DNA of 64,000 nt from an uncultured Acidobacteriota bacterium (GCA_963713825.1 CAVQNG010000004.1:64001-128000), one strand, 5' to 3'; counted from the first letter of the stretch, positions 47,645-57,769 are shown. A program made the numbers and translations. Notes: generated by a model from the letters alone, not told the origin.

Positions 47645-49675
47645 TCAGCCCAGAGTCCAGGCACGCAGCACCTGATACACCACGAAGGTGACGGAGTAGG
47701 CCAACACCGTCATATAGAGCAGCTGGAAGGTCGGCCATTTCCAGCTGTTGGTCTCGCGCCGAGTGATCGCTTGCGTGGAGAGACACTGCATGGCCAGGAC
47801 ATAGAAGATCAGGAGGCTGACGCTCGTCGCCGTCGTAAAGACCGGAGTTCCATCGGAACGAACCGAGGACCGCAGACTGTCGTACAGAGAGGTCGGGTCC
47901 TCATCGACTGCAGACTCCCCTACCCCATAGACCACAGCCAGGGTCGAGACAATCACTTCGCGAGCCGCGAAGGAGCTCAGGATGCCGATTCCGATCTGCC
48001 AATCGAAGCCCAACGGCCTCAAGACCGGCTCAATGGCACGACCCGTGCGACCGGCGAACGACTGCGCCAGTCTGCTTTGCGCAGCGAGCTGGCCTGCTTC
48101 TTCCTCCAGCTCTGCTGCCTGCTCTGACTCCCCTGTCGCAGCCAGCGTCTGCGCCTCTGCCTGCAGGTCCAGGGCGGCGGCAGGTGGCTCACTCTTGGGA
48201 AACGAAGCCAGGAACCACAGGAGAATCGAGACGGCGAGGATGATGGTCCCAGCTCTCTTGATGAAGATCTTGGCCCGGTCCAGCGTCGTCAGTAGGGCCG
48301 TCCGCAGGTTCGGGAGCTTGTAGCTGGGGAGCTCGAGGACCAGGGGCCTGGATTCACCGGGCAAGATAGAACGCTTGAAGACCAGGGCCATGATCAGCGC
48401 CGCTACGATCCCCAATGTGTAGGCCCCGGTGAATACCAGCCCCGCCAGGACCGGCCGATAGGGGAAGAGCAGGGCCGTGATCATGGTGTAGACCGGAATC
48501 CGAGCCGAGCAAGAGAACAGTGGCAACACCAGGATTGTCACCAGCCGATCGCGCCGATCTTCGATGACACGCGTCGACATGATGGCCGGAATCGCGCAGG
48601 CATGGGCCGAAAGGATGGGCACAAAAGCCTTGCCTGGTAGTCCGACCCGCCGCATGAGCCGATCCATGACGAAGGCGGCTCGCGCCAGGTAACCCGTATC
48701 TTCGAGCAAAGCCAGGAAGAAGAACAGAATACAGATCTGCGGCAGGAACACCAGAACTCCACCGACGCCACCGATGACGCCATCGACCAGCAGACTGCGA
48801 AGATCACCCGGTGGTAACCAGCGGCCGACGACGCTACCCACGTAGCTGAACCCGGAATCGATCCACTCCATCGGGTACTGCGCCACCCAGAAAATGAGCG
48901 CGAAGACCGCAAACATCACAGAGAGAAACGCTGCGACCCCCACCCAACGATGGGTCAGAACGGCATCGATTCGATCGGTCTTCACACCATGAGCCGTTGT
49001 CCGGCCGTTGATACAGCGAGCACCGACCTCCTCGGCCCAGTCGTACCGTGCTTTGTAGGGACAGCCGGAGCAATCGCAGAAAGGATCGGTAGACCTTCTG
49101 GCAAGGGCTGAACCCGAAGGATCGACCATCCTCTCCAGGTGCTGCCGAAGAACGTCGAGACCCCGGCCGCTGCGCGCCACGATCGGCACCACCGGGCAAC
49201 CCAGCTCGGCTTCCAGCTTCTCCAGGTCGATCTCGATGGCCGAGCGTTCGGCCAGATCCACCATATTGAGTGCCGCTACTGTGGGCAGACCCAACTCCAG
49301 CACCTGACTCGCCAGATACAGGTTGCGCTCCAGGGTCGTCGCATCGAGCAGCAAAATGACGCCTTGGGGCTGGGGTTGTTGCGCCCGCTGTCCGAGCAGC
49401 ACCTCCCGGGCCAGGCGCTCTTCCGGCGTGATGGAAGCCAGACTGTACAGGCCAGGCAGGTCGAGCAGGCGAACCCTGTGCTCGGCCAGCCGTGTGTGAC
49501 CGATCCGGCGCTCGATCGTCGTGCCTGGAAAGTTCGCGGTCTTGGCCCGCAGACCGGTCAGAGCGTTGAAGAGCGTCGTCTTGCCGGCGTTCGGGTTGCC
49601 AACCAGGGCGATGCAGACCTCGTCGGCATCGGGCGCCTTCTGGCCTGGGGGTAGGGGTACTTGGATCGTGGAAAT
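47645..49675 (-). CDS. feoB: Ferrous iron transporter B (start codon non-canonical or uncertain)
   Basis: The frame stays open upstream of the tracked start (49402) through G1 GNPNAGKT, G2 NFPGTT and G3 DLPG. Also G4 LNMVD, LEDTGYLARAAF, CSARIPVY and FAAREV. Confidence 0.93.
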   Translation of the reverse strand: MSTIQVPLPPGQKAPDADEVCIALVGNPNAGKTTLFNALTGLRAKTANFPGTTIERRIGHTRLAEHRVRLLDLPGLYSLASITPEERLAREVLLGQRAQQPQPQGVILLLDATTLERNLYLASQVLELGLPTVAALNMVDLAERSAIEIDLEKLEAELGCPVVPIVARSGRGLDVLRQHLERMVDPSGSALARRSTDPFCDCSGCPYKARYDWAEEVGARCINGRTTAHGVKTDRIDAVLTHRWVGVAAFLSVMFAVFALIFWVAQYPMEWIDSGFSYVGSVVGRWLPPGDLRSLLVDGVIGGVGGVLVFLPQICILFFFLALLEDTGYLARAAFVMDRLMRRVGLPGKAFVPILSAHACAIPAIMSTRVIEDRRDRLVTILVLPLFSCSARIPVYTMITALLFPYRPVLAGLVFTGAYTLGIVAALIMALVFKRSILPGESRPLVLELPSYKLPNLRTALLTTLDRAKIFIKRAGTIILAVSILLWFLASFPKSEPPAAALDLQAEAQTLAATGESEQAAELEEEAGQLAAQSRLAQSFAGRTGRAIEPVLRPLGFDWQIGIGILSSFAAREVIVSTLAVVYGVGESAVDEDPTSLYDSLRSSVRSDGTPVFTTATSVSLLIFYVLAMQCLSTQAITRRETNSWKWPTFQLLYMTVLAYSVTFVVYQVLRAWTLG

Positions 49676-49701
49676 GGTGTAGAGCCTCTCGCTAGTGACC
49701 G

Positions 49702-50004
49702 TCAGCCCTCGCCGAACATGTCACCCAGACAGGGTTGGACTTTGACGTTGCTCGCCAGTCTGGCCGAGACTCCAATGCGCGTCCCGAGCACTTTGAGAAT
49801 CATCGGATCGCCAGTCTGCATCAGCATGATTCGGCGCCCCACGCAGACCCCCATCGCCATCAATTGCTCGATGTCGGCTTCACTGGCCTCGACCTCCGTG
49901 ACCCTGGCGCAGTGGCCGATCTCGATCCGGTCGAGTGGAACCCGATCGCCCAGATCGGCCGATCCAGCCTTTTCCTCCCTTGGAGACACTTCGACGCGGC
50001 CCAT
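49702..50004 (-). CDS. feoA: FeoA family protein
   Basis: LMAMGV.VG and GDPMILKVLGTRIGV motifs; directly upstream of feoB. Start uncertain. Confidence 0.88.
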   Translation of the reverse strand: MGRVEVSPREEKAGSADLGDRVPLDRIEIGHCARVTEVEASEADIEQLMAMGVCVGRRIMLMQTGDPMILKVLGTRIGVSARLASNVKVQPCLGDMFGEG

Positions 50005-50253
50005 AATCAAGCTCGAAACACCAATTTCGCCAGGGTCTGGCGGCACCCCAGTCTACCATTGCGGCATCTTCCAGCCGTGAAGGAGACAGGGCCCCATCCG
50101 GAGTCGGAACGCCCGGCTTGGCACCCCGGGCGACATGACATATCCTCTGCCGCAACTGCCTCGCTCGAGAAAGGCCATTTCCGGGAAAGCTCCGACTTGG
50201 ATGCGAGTGACACTGCAATGATATCTAGCGACAACACCACCGAAACTCAGGGC

Positions 50254-51432
50254 ATGGGTCGATCAGTCGTCCTGCCCGCTCTCCTGCTGTTCGGGGCGAT
50301 GTTCAATCTCACCCTGGTGGTCGCTGGGCTGAAGGAGTTCATCATCGAGGACCTGGGCGGGACGATCGCGGACGCGACGCTCTTCTTCTCGGTCGAGACG
50401 CTGGCCTATATCCTCTTCGCCCCGCTCTGGGGGCTGCTGAGCGACAGGTTCGGCCTTCGCAAGCCCCTGGTTGCAATCGGATTCGCCGGATCGGCGTTGA
50501 TCTACCTGATCTACGGCAAGCTCCACTCCATTCCGCTGCTTCTCGCCTTTCGTTTCGTTCAGGGTGCCTTTTCGGTTCTCGGCTGGTCGACGGTCATGGC
50601 GATGATGCTCGATCACCCCGTCTATGGCCGCAAGGGGAGATTCATGGGCCTGATGGGTGCCTCACTCATCTTCGGTGTTGCCATCGGCGCCCCGATGGGC
50701 GGCTACCTGACCCGCTGGTTCGGCGCCCGCGCCCCGCTGCTTGCCGCGGCAATCTCCTTCGGCCTATTGGCCTGCCTGTCCCTCTTCCTGCGCGAATCGC
50801 CAACCCTGACTCGTCAACTCCGGGTGCGAGAGATTCTCGCCACCCTCAGATCCAAACCACGCGTGTTCCTGCCATTCTCGTTCCACTTCGTCGACCGTCT
50901 GGCCGTCGGACTCTTCGTCGTTGTCTTTCCCCTGTATATCGATTCACTCGGAGCCACCGATCCGGCCCAGCGAGGTCGATACCTGGCGCTCTTTCTGCTG
51001 CCATTCGCTTTCCTGCAGTATTTCTCTGGCCGGCTAGCAGAGCGGATCGGCGCTGGCGGCCCCTTGGTGATCGGCTCTCTGCTCTACGGTCTGGCGCTCT
51101 GCGGACTGGGGTTTTCCGACCTGAGCTCCCTGACGGTGATGATGGTGGCCCTGGGAGTCTTCGCAGCGCTCATGTTTCCTCCAGCGATTCTCCTGGTCTC
51201 GCAGTGGAGCGATCCCAAGACACGAGCCAGCGCGATGGGAGGGTTCAATCTGGCCGGCTCCATGGGCTTCGCCCTGGGGCCCATCCTGGGCGGCTGGGCC
51301 TACACCACCCGCGGCTTCGCATTCGCCTTCGTGCTGTGTGGCGTGTTCGAGATCGCGCTGGCGATCGTCGGGGCCGTGATGCTGATCCGGTGGGCTAACC
51401 AGGCGAGAGCTACTCGGTCGACGAGCAGCTAG
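50254..51432 (+). CDS. MFS transporter
   Basis: [12 protein letters not shown] motif [15 protein letters not shown]; about 12 TM segments. Start placed at ATG 50254. Confidence 0.9.
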   Translation: MGRSVVLPALLLFGAMFNLTLVVAGLKEFIIEDLGGTIADATLFFSVETLAYILFAPLWGLLSDRFGLRKPLVAIGFAGSALIYLIYGKLHSIPLLLAFRFVQGAFSVLGWSTVMAMMLDHPVYGRKGRFMGLMGASLIFGVAIGAPMGGYLTRWFGARAPLLAAAISFGLLACLSLFLRESPTLTRQLRVREILATLRSKPRVFLPFSFHFVDRLAVGLFVVVFPLYIDSLGATDPAQRGRYLALFLLPFAFLQYFSGRLAERIGAGGPLVIGSLLYGLALCGLGFSDLSSLTVMMVALGVFAALMFPPAILLVSQWSDPKTRASAMGGFNLAGSMGFALGPILGGWAYTTRGFAFAFVLCGVFEIALAIVGAVMLIRWANQARATRSTSS

Positions 51433-53123
51433 CCCGAGTCGCCACCAAACTCCAACTCCAGGGCCTCCTGCTCCTCGGGCAGGATCTTGCGGAACAGGAT
51501 TCCGAGCTCACCCAGAGGGGTGCCAGCCGGAAGGGCCTCGAGATCATCGACCGTCGAACCGGAAGGCCAGGCTGGAATCTCCGCTTCCTCGCCCAGGGCC
51601 GCCAGAACGCGCCGGCTGGTCGAAGGAATTACCGGCCACGCAAGAACCGCAAACAGGCGGACCAGTTGTAGGCCGGTTCGCACTATCATCGCGGCCTGCG
51701 CCGGATCTTCCTTGATCACCTTCCAGGGAGCCGAGTGGGTCAGGTACTCGTTGCCCAGAACCCACATGGCTCGCAGGTCCGACAGCGATTTGCGGAACTG
51801 CATCTCCTCCATGTGAGTCGTGTAGTCGGCCAGCTTGGCGTCGAGGTCTTTGACCAGTTGCCGTTCAGCCTCGCCGGGCTCCCCACCTTCAGGAACAATC
51901 CCGTCGAACCGGGACTCGGCGAATTTCCACAGCCGATTGACGAAGTTCCCAAACGTATCGGCCAGGTCCTTGTTCACCCCGATTGTGAAGAACTCGAACG
52001 TGAAGTCCGTGTCGTCACTCTCGGGAGCGTTGGCAATCAGCCAGTAGCGCCAATAGTCGGCCGGGAACTTCTCGAGCGCTTTGTCCATGAACACGCCGCG
52101 TTTGCGGCTCGTCGAGAACTTGCCCCCGTAGTACTTCAGCCAGTTGAAGCCCTTGATGTAGCTGACCAGCTTCCATGGTTCGCCAGAGCCCAGAATCGTG
52201 CCGGGAAAGCTGATGGTGTGAAACGGGACATTGTCCTTGGCCATGAACTCCACATAGCGCACGTCATCCGCTTCGTACCACCACGACCGCCAGTCCCTGG
52301 TCTCCGGATCCTGATTGGCCCACTCCCGCGTCGCGGCGATGTACTCGATCGGGGCATCGAACCAGACGTAGAAGACCTTGTCCTCGAACCCCTCGCGGTC
52401 CACGGGAACACCCCAGGATAGATCACGCGTGATGCCGCGGTCGTGAAGGCCCTCCTTGAGCCATTTCTTGGCGATCGACGTCACCAGGATCGGCCAATCG
52501 GTTTGTTCACCGATCCACTCCTCGAGACGGTCTGCCAGCTGAGACTGCAACAGGAAGAGATGGCGCGTCTCCTTGATCTCGAGCTCGGTGCTGTCGGACA
52601 CGGCCGACCGAGGTTCGAGCAGATCCGTAGGATCGAGCACGCGGGTGCAGTTCTCGCATTGGTCTCCCCTGGCGGCGTCATAGCCGCAGTGGGGACAGGT
52701 GCCGATGATGTAACGATCGGGCAGATAGCGCCGGTCGGCTTTGGAGTAGACCTGCTTGGTGGTGCGCTCCTCGATCAGGCCCTGCTCATCGAGACGATTG
52801 CAGAAGTGCTGAGTCAGCTCCCGATTCTCCGGCGAAGAGCTGCGACCGAAATAGTCGAAGGACAGGTCGAACTGTCGATAGATGGCCGCCTGAATCTCGT
52901 GCTGCTGGCGGCAGTACTCGGCCACTTCCAGACCGTCTTCGAGGGCCGCCAACTCTGCCGGTGTGCCGTGCTCGTCGGTAGCGCAGATGTACAAGACATC
53001 GTTGCCCCGCTGACGCTCGAACCGGGCATAGATGTCGGCCGGCAGCATGGAGCCGACGAGGTTGCCGAGATGCTTGACGCCGTTGATGTAAGGCAACGCG
53101 CTTGTAACGAGGATTCGTGCCAT
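51429..53123 (-). CDS. metG: Methionine--tRNA ligase (no C-terminal tRNA-binding domain)
   Basis: [28 protein letters not shown] knuckles, YVWFDA and KFSTS motifs. Confidence 0.97.
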   Translation of the reverse strand: MARILVTSALPYINGVKHLGNLVGSMLPADIYARFERQRGNDVLYICATDEHGTPAELAALEDGLEVAEYCRQQHEIQAAIYRQFDLSFDYFGRSSSPENRELTQHFCNRLDEQGLIEERTTKQVYSKADRRYLPDRYIIGTCPHCGYDAARGDQCENCTRVLDPTDLLEPRSAVSDSTELEIKETRHLFLLQSQLADRLEEWIGEQTDWPILVTSIAKKWLKEGLHDRGITRDLSWGVPVDREGFEDKVFYVWFDAPIEYIAATREWANQDPETRDWRSWWYEADDVRYVEFMAKDNVPFHTISFPGTILGSGEPWKLVSYIKGFNWLKYYGGKFSTSRKRGVFMDKALEKFPADYWRYWLIANAPESDDTDFTFEFFTIGVNKDLADTFGNFVNRLWKFAESRFDGIVPEGGEPGEAERQLVKDLDAKLADYTTHMEEMQFRKSLSDLRAMWVLGNEYLTHSAPWKVIKEDPAQAAMIVRTGLQLVRLFAVLAWPVIPSTSRRVLAALGEEAEIPAWPSGSTVDDLEALPAGTPLGELGILFRKILPEEQEALELEFGGDSG

Positions 53124-53169
53124 CGATCGGTCTCTCTCAGAGCCGTGAAGCTAGCAATCTCAGGTTTGT

Positions 53170-53233
53170 GGGCCTGGGGTCCTGAGGTCCTGAGGTCTTG
53201 AGGTCTTGGGGTCCTGAAGTCTCGAGGTCCAGG
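53170..53233. repeat. Degenerate 8-bp tandem repeat, 8 copies, consensus GGTCYTGR
   Basis: gggcctgg ggtcctga ggtcctga ggtcttga ggtcttgg ggtcctga agtctcga ggtccagg, intergenic just upstream of metG. Confidence 0.85.
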
Positions 53234-53251
53234 GCACCCGTCACCCTGGAA

Positions 53252-53722
53252 TCATGGATAGACGTAGACCTGTGATTTGTTCCAGACGCTGCCGGCCAAC
53301 TCCACCCCCATCCGGAAGACCGGCAGGTACTCATCGTCGTCGATCCGCATCAGTCGCACGAGACGGCACCACTGGATCTTGCCGGGGATGCGGATCATCT
53401 CGGTGCCATGCTTCATCTTGAACGCGTAGCTCCATCCCACCCGCAAGCTCTCGTTGGTCTGCACGGCGATGCCTGTCGGCGACGTGTTCAGAACATCGCC
53501 TGAGATCGGTCCGCTGAGACGCAGGTTGGACACCCTGTGCCGCCTGTGCTGCCGGCGCTCGGACTCCGATTCTGGAAGTGGCTGTGGTGGTCCGGTGCTG
53601 AATTCCTGTGGTGCTTGCATCCTTCTTCTCTCCCCCGATCGACGATCCAGACCCGCACGACGGTCGTTCCCGACGCGGCGGTCTTGAGGCGGAAGCCAGT
53701 CCCGTCTAGATCTTGCTGACAC
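53252..53722 (-). CDS. PilZ domain protein
   Basis: ERRQHRR (RxxxR), NTSPTG (D/NxSxxG) and MGVEL; N-terminal DRR repeats. Start placed at GTG 53722. Confidence 0.8.
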   Translation of the reverse strand: MSARSRRDWLPPQDRRVGNDRRAGLDRRSGERRRMQAPQEFSTGPPQPLPESESERRQHRRHRVSNLRLSGPISGDVLNTSPTGIAVQTNESLRVGWSYAFKMKHGTEMIRIPGKIQWCRLVRLMRIDDDEYLPVFRMGVELAGSVWNKSQVYVYP

Positions 53723-54048
53723 GAATCCCCTGTTCCTACACCACAGTTGATTGAAGCCAGTGCAATCGTCTGCGCCCCTGGATTCTACAGGCACGGCGCG
53801 TCGAAATACAAAGCCCACTGAACCCTCGATGCCCCTTACTGCCTCGATGCCTCAATCCCCCCCGGCAGACACCCCTGCATCGCTGATGCTGGACAGCGGG
53901 GACCCTCGATTGCGCTGGAAATTGAAGTGGCCGCCGCTCGGGCCTCGACAAAGGCACGCGCGCCACGGGTCAGGCGGGTGCAAACCGAACGGCGGCCGCG
54001 CGCAGTATACGACCTTGGAACGGCGAAGCCAAGACCCTTTCTGCCGAT

Positions 54049-54062
54049 TACCCCAGGGGGTA
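54049..54062. promoter_or_regulatory. Palindrome TACCCC-AG-GGGGTA resembling a CsoR/RcnR-family operator
   Basis: Perfect 6-bp inverted repeat with G/C tracts and AT-rich flanks; fits TACCC-N4-GGGTA. Confidence 0.45.
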
Positions 54063-54147
54063 TATGTCACAGTGCCGACCACGTTGCACCCTCTTTCGGC
54101 GCTAGCCATGGGCGATGGCCGGCCCAGGAATTCGGGGAATCGAAGGG

Positions 54148-56865
54148 CTATCCGGACTTCTCGATCAGCGTTTTGTAACAGGGGGCTTGGCGAAGAGCAT
54201 CGAATCTGGGATCTGTCTCGAGAGCAGGAATAGAAAGCATGCCGGATCCCGATGCAAGAACCTCGTCCAGGGCCTCGCAGGCCTCAGCATTGTTGTCGAG
54301 AATCGTTTGAGTCAAAGCCAACTCGAAGACTTTGGCCGGACCTTCCAACGCATCTGCCGAGATCGGCTGCAGCTTGACGGCACGCTCCGCCTCCCGAACG
54401 GCCTCCTCCTCCCGACCCAGCATGGCGTAGGCCTGTCCGAGAGCGGCGTGCATTCGCGGGTCGCCGGGGTTGGCCAGCACTTCGGCCTCGATCGCTGTCG
54501 CCGCCGCCTCGGCAGCTGCCCGGGCCTCGTCCTGCCTACCCAGTCCCTTGAATGCATAGGCTCGATTCAGGTCCGTGGGAACCGCGAAGAACTGGTTCGA
54601 GTAGAAGTCCTCCTGCATGCTGGCCAGGGTTTGCAGAGACTCTTCGAATCGTCGGTCCAAAAACACATAGAAAGTGTGCAACACCTGGATCGATTCGATC
54701 CCCAGGTCAGCGAAGGGTTCGACCAGCTCCACCGCGCGACGGGCATCGCCCTTCCAGAGCCACCAGTTCCAAGCCCGCCAGGTCCCAGCCCCGACGGAGT
54801 CCGGAGCCATCTCGAGAGTCCGAGTGAGCTGACGGTCGGCTTCTTCGTAGCGTTCGAGCTGCATCAGAGTGGTGCCCAGGGCCCGGCTCTGCTGTACCGA
54901 CCTCGGATTGAGCTCGAACGCCCTTTCCTGGCGCTCCAGCGCCTCCTCGAAGCGACCCTGGCGTCGGATGATATAAGCGATGGAGGCCATCAAATCACTG
55001 TCGTTGGGAAGGCTCTTCTCAGCGATCATGAACTGCTCGAGAGCCTGGTCGTAGTCCCTGGGACCCCAGTAGAAATAACTCCCCAACGCCACCCTCGCTT
55101 GGGGTAGGTCGGGGTCGATCTCCAAGGCGCGCTCGACTGCGGCCAGAGCCTGTTCCAGTCGCTCCTCCGTCCGATCCTCACCATTGAAAAACAATAGGGC
55201 GTGCTCCTGCGACAAGGTGGCCCATGCCAAGGCGAATTGCGGATCCATCTCGACCGCCTGCTCCAACATCTGAACAGCCAGGAGTCGCTCTTCGGAGCGC
55301 TGCAGGATCTCTGCTCGCTCGCCGGCGTTGAGAGCTCGCAAGTAGAGGTTGTAGGCGTCCATGTTCCCGGTCGGGGCGACATTGCTCGCGACCTGGTCTC
55401 CCTCAGAGAGAGCAACGTCGAGAGAGCTCAGGACGTTCGACGCAACATCGGACTGCACCTCGAAGATGTCGTCGATCGTCCGATCGTAGGTTTCGGCCCA
55501 GAGTTGAGTGTCGTCCGAAACCCTGATGAGCTGAGGAGTTACCCGCACTCGGCTCGTGCCGTCGGGGTTCTTTGCCCAGCGTACGGTCCCTTCGAGGACA
55601 TAGCCGACACCCAGGTCCTGCCCTACTTCCTTCAACGTCTTCCCGGTTCGGTTGTACTGCACTGCACTGCTGCGTGAAATCACACCCAGGTCCGCCACCA
55701 TGGCCAACTTGGCCGAGATCTCCTCGGTCATTCCGGCGGCAAAGTACTCGTCCTCGGCCTCGCCCAGATTCTCGAAAGGAAGTACAACGATCTTCTTGTA
55801 CTCGGCTCCTGTGTCGACCACGTCTCCAGCACCCGCCTCCGGCCCGGTCACGCCGCCTGTCCCCTTGCCCCGCTGCAACCAGAAGAAGGTGGCAACAGCG
55901 ATCAGTCCGACGATGACCAGGGCAGGGATCAACCACGAGGGCCTCCCCCTGGTCGGGACTGACTCTGCGCCCGTTACGGCTGGCATGGCGCCCGTGCTCA
56001 AAGGAACCTCGCCCGACTCCACCTCGCCCTTGAGGCCGGCAAGCTCGTTGCGCACGTCTTTGGCTGACTGATAGCGCAGGTCCGGGTCCTTCTCCAAGCA
56101 ATGCTTGATAATTCGACCGAGGTGTCGAGGCACCCCCTGGCGAACATCGGTGACTGAGTCGGGGTTGTCTTTCAGGATGGACGACGCCAGCTCGATCGAG
56201 GACTCGCCCTTGAAGGGCCGCCTGCCCGTTGTCATTTCGAAGAGGAGAATTCCAAGAGAAAACAAGTCGGACCGATGGTCGATCTCCCGGCCCTGGAGCT
56301 GCTCGGGTGACATATAGGGCGCCGTTCCCATGGCGACGCCCTCCTTGGTCAGCCCCTCGGTTGCGATCTCGGTATCGGTATCTTCGAGGCTATCTTCCCA
56401 GAGCTTGGCGAGGCCGAAATCGACGATGCGGAGGCGGCCGTCCTCCCCCACCATGACGTTGGCGGGCTTCAAGTCCCGGTGAACCACGCCCTTCTCGTGC
56501 GCCGCCGACAACGCATCGGCGATCGGGATGGTGAGCTCGAAGAGGCGCTCGAGATCGAAACCGTCCTCGGGAATCAGCGCATCCAGCGACTTGCCATCCA
56601 CCAGCTCCATGGTCAGGAAATGATGACCATCGGCCTCCTCCACCGAGTGGAGCGTGACGATGTTCGGGTGGTTGAGTGAGGCGACCGCCCGAGCTTCGCG
56701 CTTGAAGCGCTCGAGACGATCCGGGTCCGAAGCCAGATGCTCGGGCAAGACTTTGAGGGCGACTCTTCTCCGCAGCTCGGTGTCCTCGGCTTCGTACACG
56801 TCTCCCATGCCGCCCGAACCGAGCTTGCCGGTAATCCGATAGTGAGAGACCGTCGTGCCAATCAT
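54148..56865 (-). CDS. Hanks-type Ser/Thr kinase with TM, TolB-N/FlgO-like and TPR domains
   Basis: LGSGGMGDVY, VALK, HRDLKPAN, DFG and GTAPYMSPE; TM segment; IVVLPFEN...YVLEGTVR; TPR repeats. Start ATG 56865. Confidence 0.94.
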   Translation of the reverse strand: MIGTTVSHYRITGKLGSGGMGDVYEAEDTELRRRVALKVLPEHLASDPDRLERFKREARAVASLNHPNIVTLHSVEEADGHHFLTMELVDGKSLDALIPEDGFDLERLFELTIPIADALSAAHEKGVVHRDLKPANVMVGEDGRLRIVDFGLAKLWEDSLEDTDTEIATEGLTKEGVAMGTAPYMSPEQLQGREIDHRSDLFSLGILLFEMTTGRRPFKGESSIELASSILKDNPDSVTDVRQGVPRHLGRIIKHCLEKDPDLRYQSAKDVRNELAGLKGEVESGEVPLSTGAMPAVTGAESVPTRGRPSWLIPALVIVGLIAVATFFWLQRGKGTGGVTGPEAGAGDVVDTGAEYKKIVVLPFENLGEAEDEYFAAGMTEEISAKLAMVADLGVISRSSAVQYNRTGKTLKEVGQDLGVGYVLEGTVRWAKNPDGTSRVRVTPQLIRVSDDTQLWAETYDRTIDDIFEVQSDVASNVLSSLDVALSEGDQVASNVAPTGNMDAYNLYLRALNAGERAEILQRSEERLLAVQMLEQAVEMDPQFALAWATLSQEHALLFFNGEDRTEERLEQALAAVERALEIDPDLPQARVALGSYFYWGPRDYDQALEQFMIAEKSLPNDSDLMASIAYIIRRQGRFEEALERQERAFELNPRSVQQSRALGTTLMQLERYEEADRQLTRTLEMAPDSVGAGTWRAWNWWLWKGDARRAVELVEPFADLGIESIQVLHTFYVFLDRRFEESLQTLASMQEDFYSNQFFAVPTDLNRAYAFKGLGRQDEARAAAEAAATAIEAEVLANPGDPRMHAALGQAYAMLGREEEAVREAERAVKLQPISADALEGPAKVFELALTQTILDNNAEACEALDEVLASGSGMLSIPALETDPRFDALRQAPCYKTLIEKSG

Positions 56866-56944
56866 GGTTGTTTCGTGCTCGAGAGATTGTACTGCACCGG
56901 CCAGGCGATGGAATCCCCTGGCCAACGAGGAGTCCGCCTTGAGC

Positions 56945-57472
56945 TCAGTCGGTCTCTGCTTGCAAAGTCCACTGCAGTCGATCGCTTGAGTAGCCCTTTT
57001 CCGGCAGCCGGGACAGGATCCCGTCAAGCGTTGCCTTGTCGAGTGTCGGCGTCCGGCTCAGGATCCAGAGGTACTTTCGCTTCGGCTCTCCAACGACTAC
57101 CCATTCGTATTCGGGGTCCAGCTCGAGGATCCAGTAGTCACCCCAAAAGGGACCGAAGAACGAGACCTTGAGTTTGGCGTTGGTCTCCGGGTCGACGACC
57201 TTGGCCCTGCCGCGCGCCTCCTTGAGCTTGCCATCGAGAGCACCCTTGTAACACCGGTTGACCACCGAGATTCCGCCACCCTCACGCAGGCTGTACTCGG
57301 CGGTGACTCCCGTGCAGTTCTTGGCGAACCAGGCCGGGTAGCTCGCGATCTCGAACCACGTTCCCAGATACCGATCGAGATCGACCTCATCCACGACGGC
57401 GAGCGGCGGGGCTTTCGCTACGGCCGCTGCCGTCACCCAGAACATCAACAAAGCTACAGCTTGAGATTTCAT
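56945..57472 (-). CDS. Bacterial lipocalin (Blc-like)
   Basis: VDLDRYLGTWFEIA, KLKVSFFGPF, GDYWIL and YLWILSRTP motifs. Confidence 0.93.
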   Translation of the reverse strand: MKSQAVALLMFWVTAAAVAKAPPLAVVDEVDLDRYLGTWFEIASYPAWFAKNCTGVTAEYSLREGGGISVVNRCYKGALDGKLKEARGRAKVVDPETNAKLKVSFFGPFWGDYWILELDPEYEWVVVGEPKRKYLWILSRTPTLDKATLDGILSRLPEKGYSSDRLQWTLQAETD

Positions 57473-57613
57473 TCATATCCTCCAACGCTGTTCTTGGATT
57501 CGAATGTCATGCGACCCTCGAACCGACCCGGGAAGTCGACCTCGACCTCTCCAGCTTGCCTGACCCGCCGGCACAGATGACTTGCGTGATTTCTGGATTG
57601 ACGTGGGGACCAA

Positions 57614-57689
57614 TGGTGCCCAGGGGCGGATTCGAACCACCGACACGCGGATTTTCAGTCCACTGCTCTACCAACTGAGCTACCTGGGC
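57614..57689 (-). tRNA. tRNA-Phe (GAA), CCA encoded
   Basis: GCCCAGG TAGCTCAGTTGGTAGAGC A GTGGA CTGAAAA TCCGC GTGTC GGTGG TTCGAAT CCGCC CCTGGGC ACCA; 76-nt cloverleaf. Confidence 0.98.
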
Positions 57690-57769
57690 ACGGGGCTTCA
57701 AGCCCCACCGCGATTTTATAGCCTCACTGCCTTACCCGAGTCAAGAGTCCCGGCTTACAATAGGGCTCC

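Noticed and set aside
49735-50253. Long N-terminal extensions in the ORF track (MFS, and also the kinase, protease, sulfatase, lolA and polyprenyl synthase)
   Set aside because: They overlap neighbouring genes or promoters, and family-like sequence begins at downstream starts.
53170-53233. CRISPR interpretation of the tandem repeat
   Set aside because: The units are 8 bp with no spacers, and no cas genes are present.
53930-54050. c-di-GMP riboswitch, 6S RNA, tmRNA or RNase P RNA in the gap upstream of PilZ
   Set aside because: Only a GCAAACC fragment, on the strand opposite PilZ. I could not build the conserved stems or termini by eye; an Rfam scan is needed.
57511-57550. Degenerate (T/C)CGACC hexamer run downstream of the tRNA
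   Set aside because: Too short and irregular to distinguish from background in a TCGA-rich genome.
53252-57689. Possible genomic island integrated at the tRNA-Phe 3' end
   Set aside because: No integrase or transposase. The only tRNA-end match (tggtgcccaggg at ~54870) is 12 bp inside the intact kinase frame.
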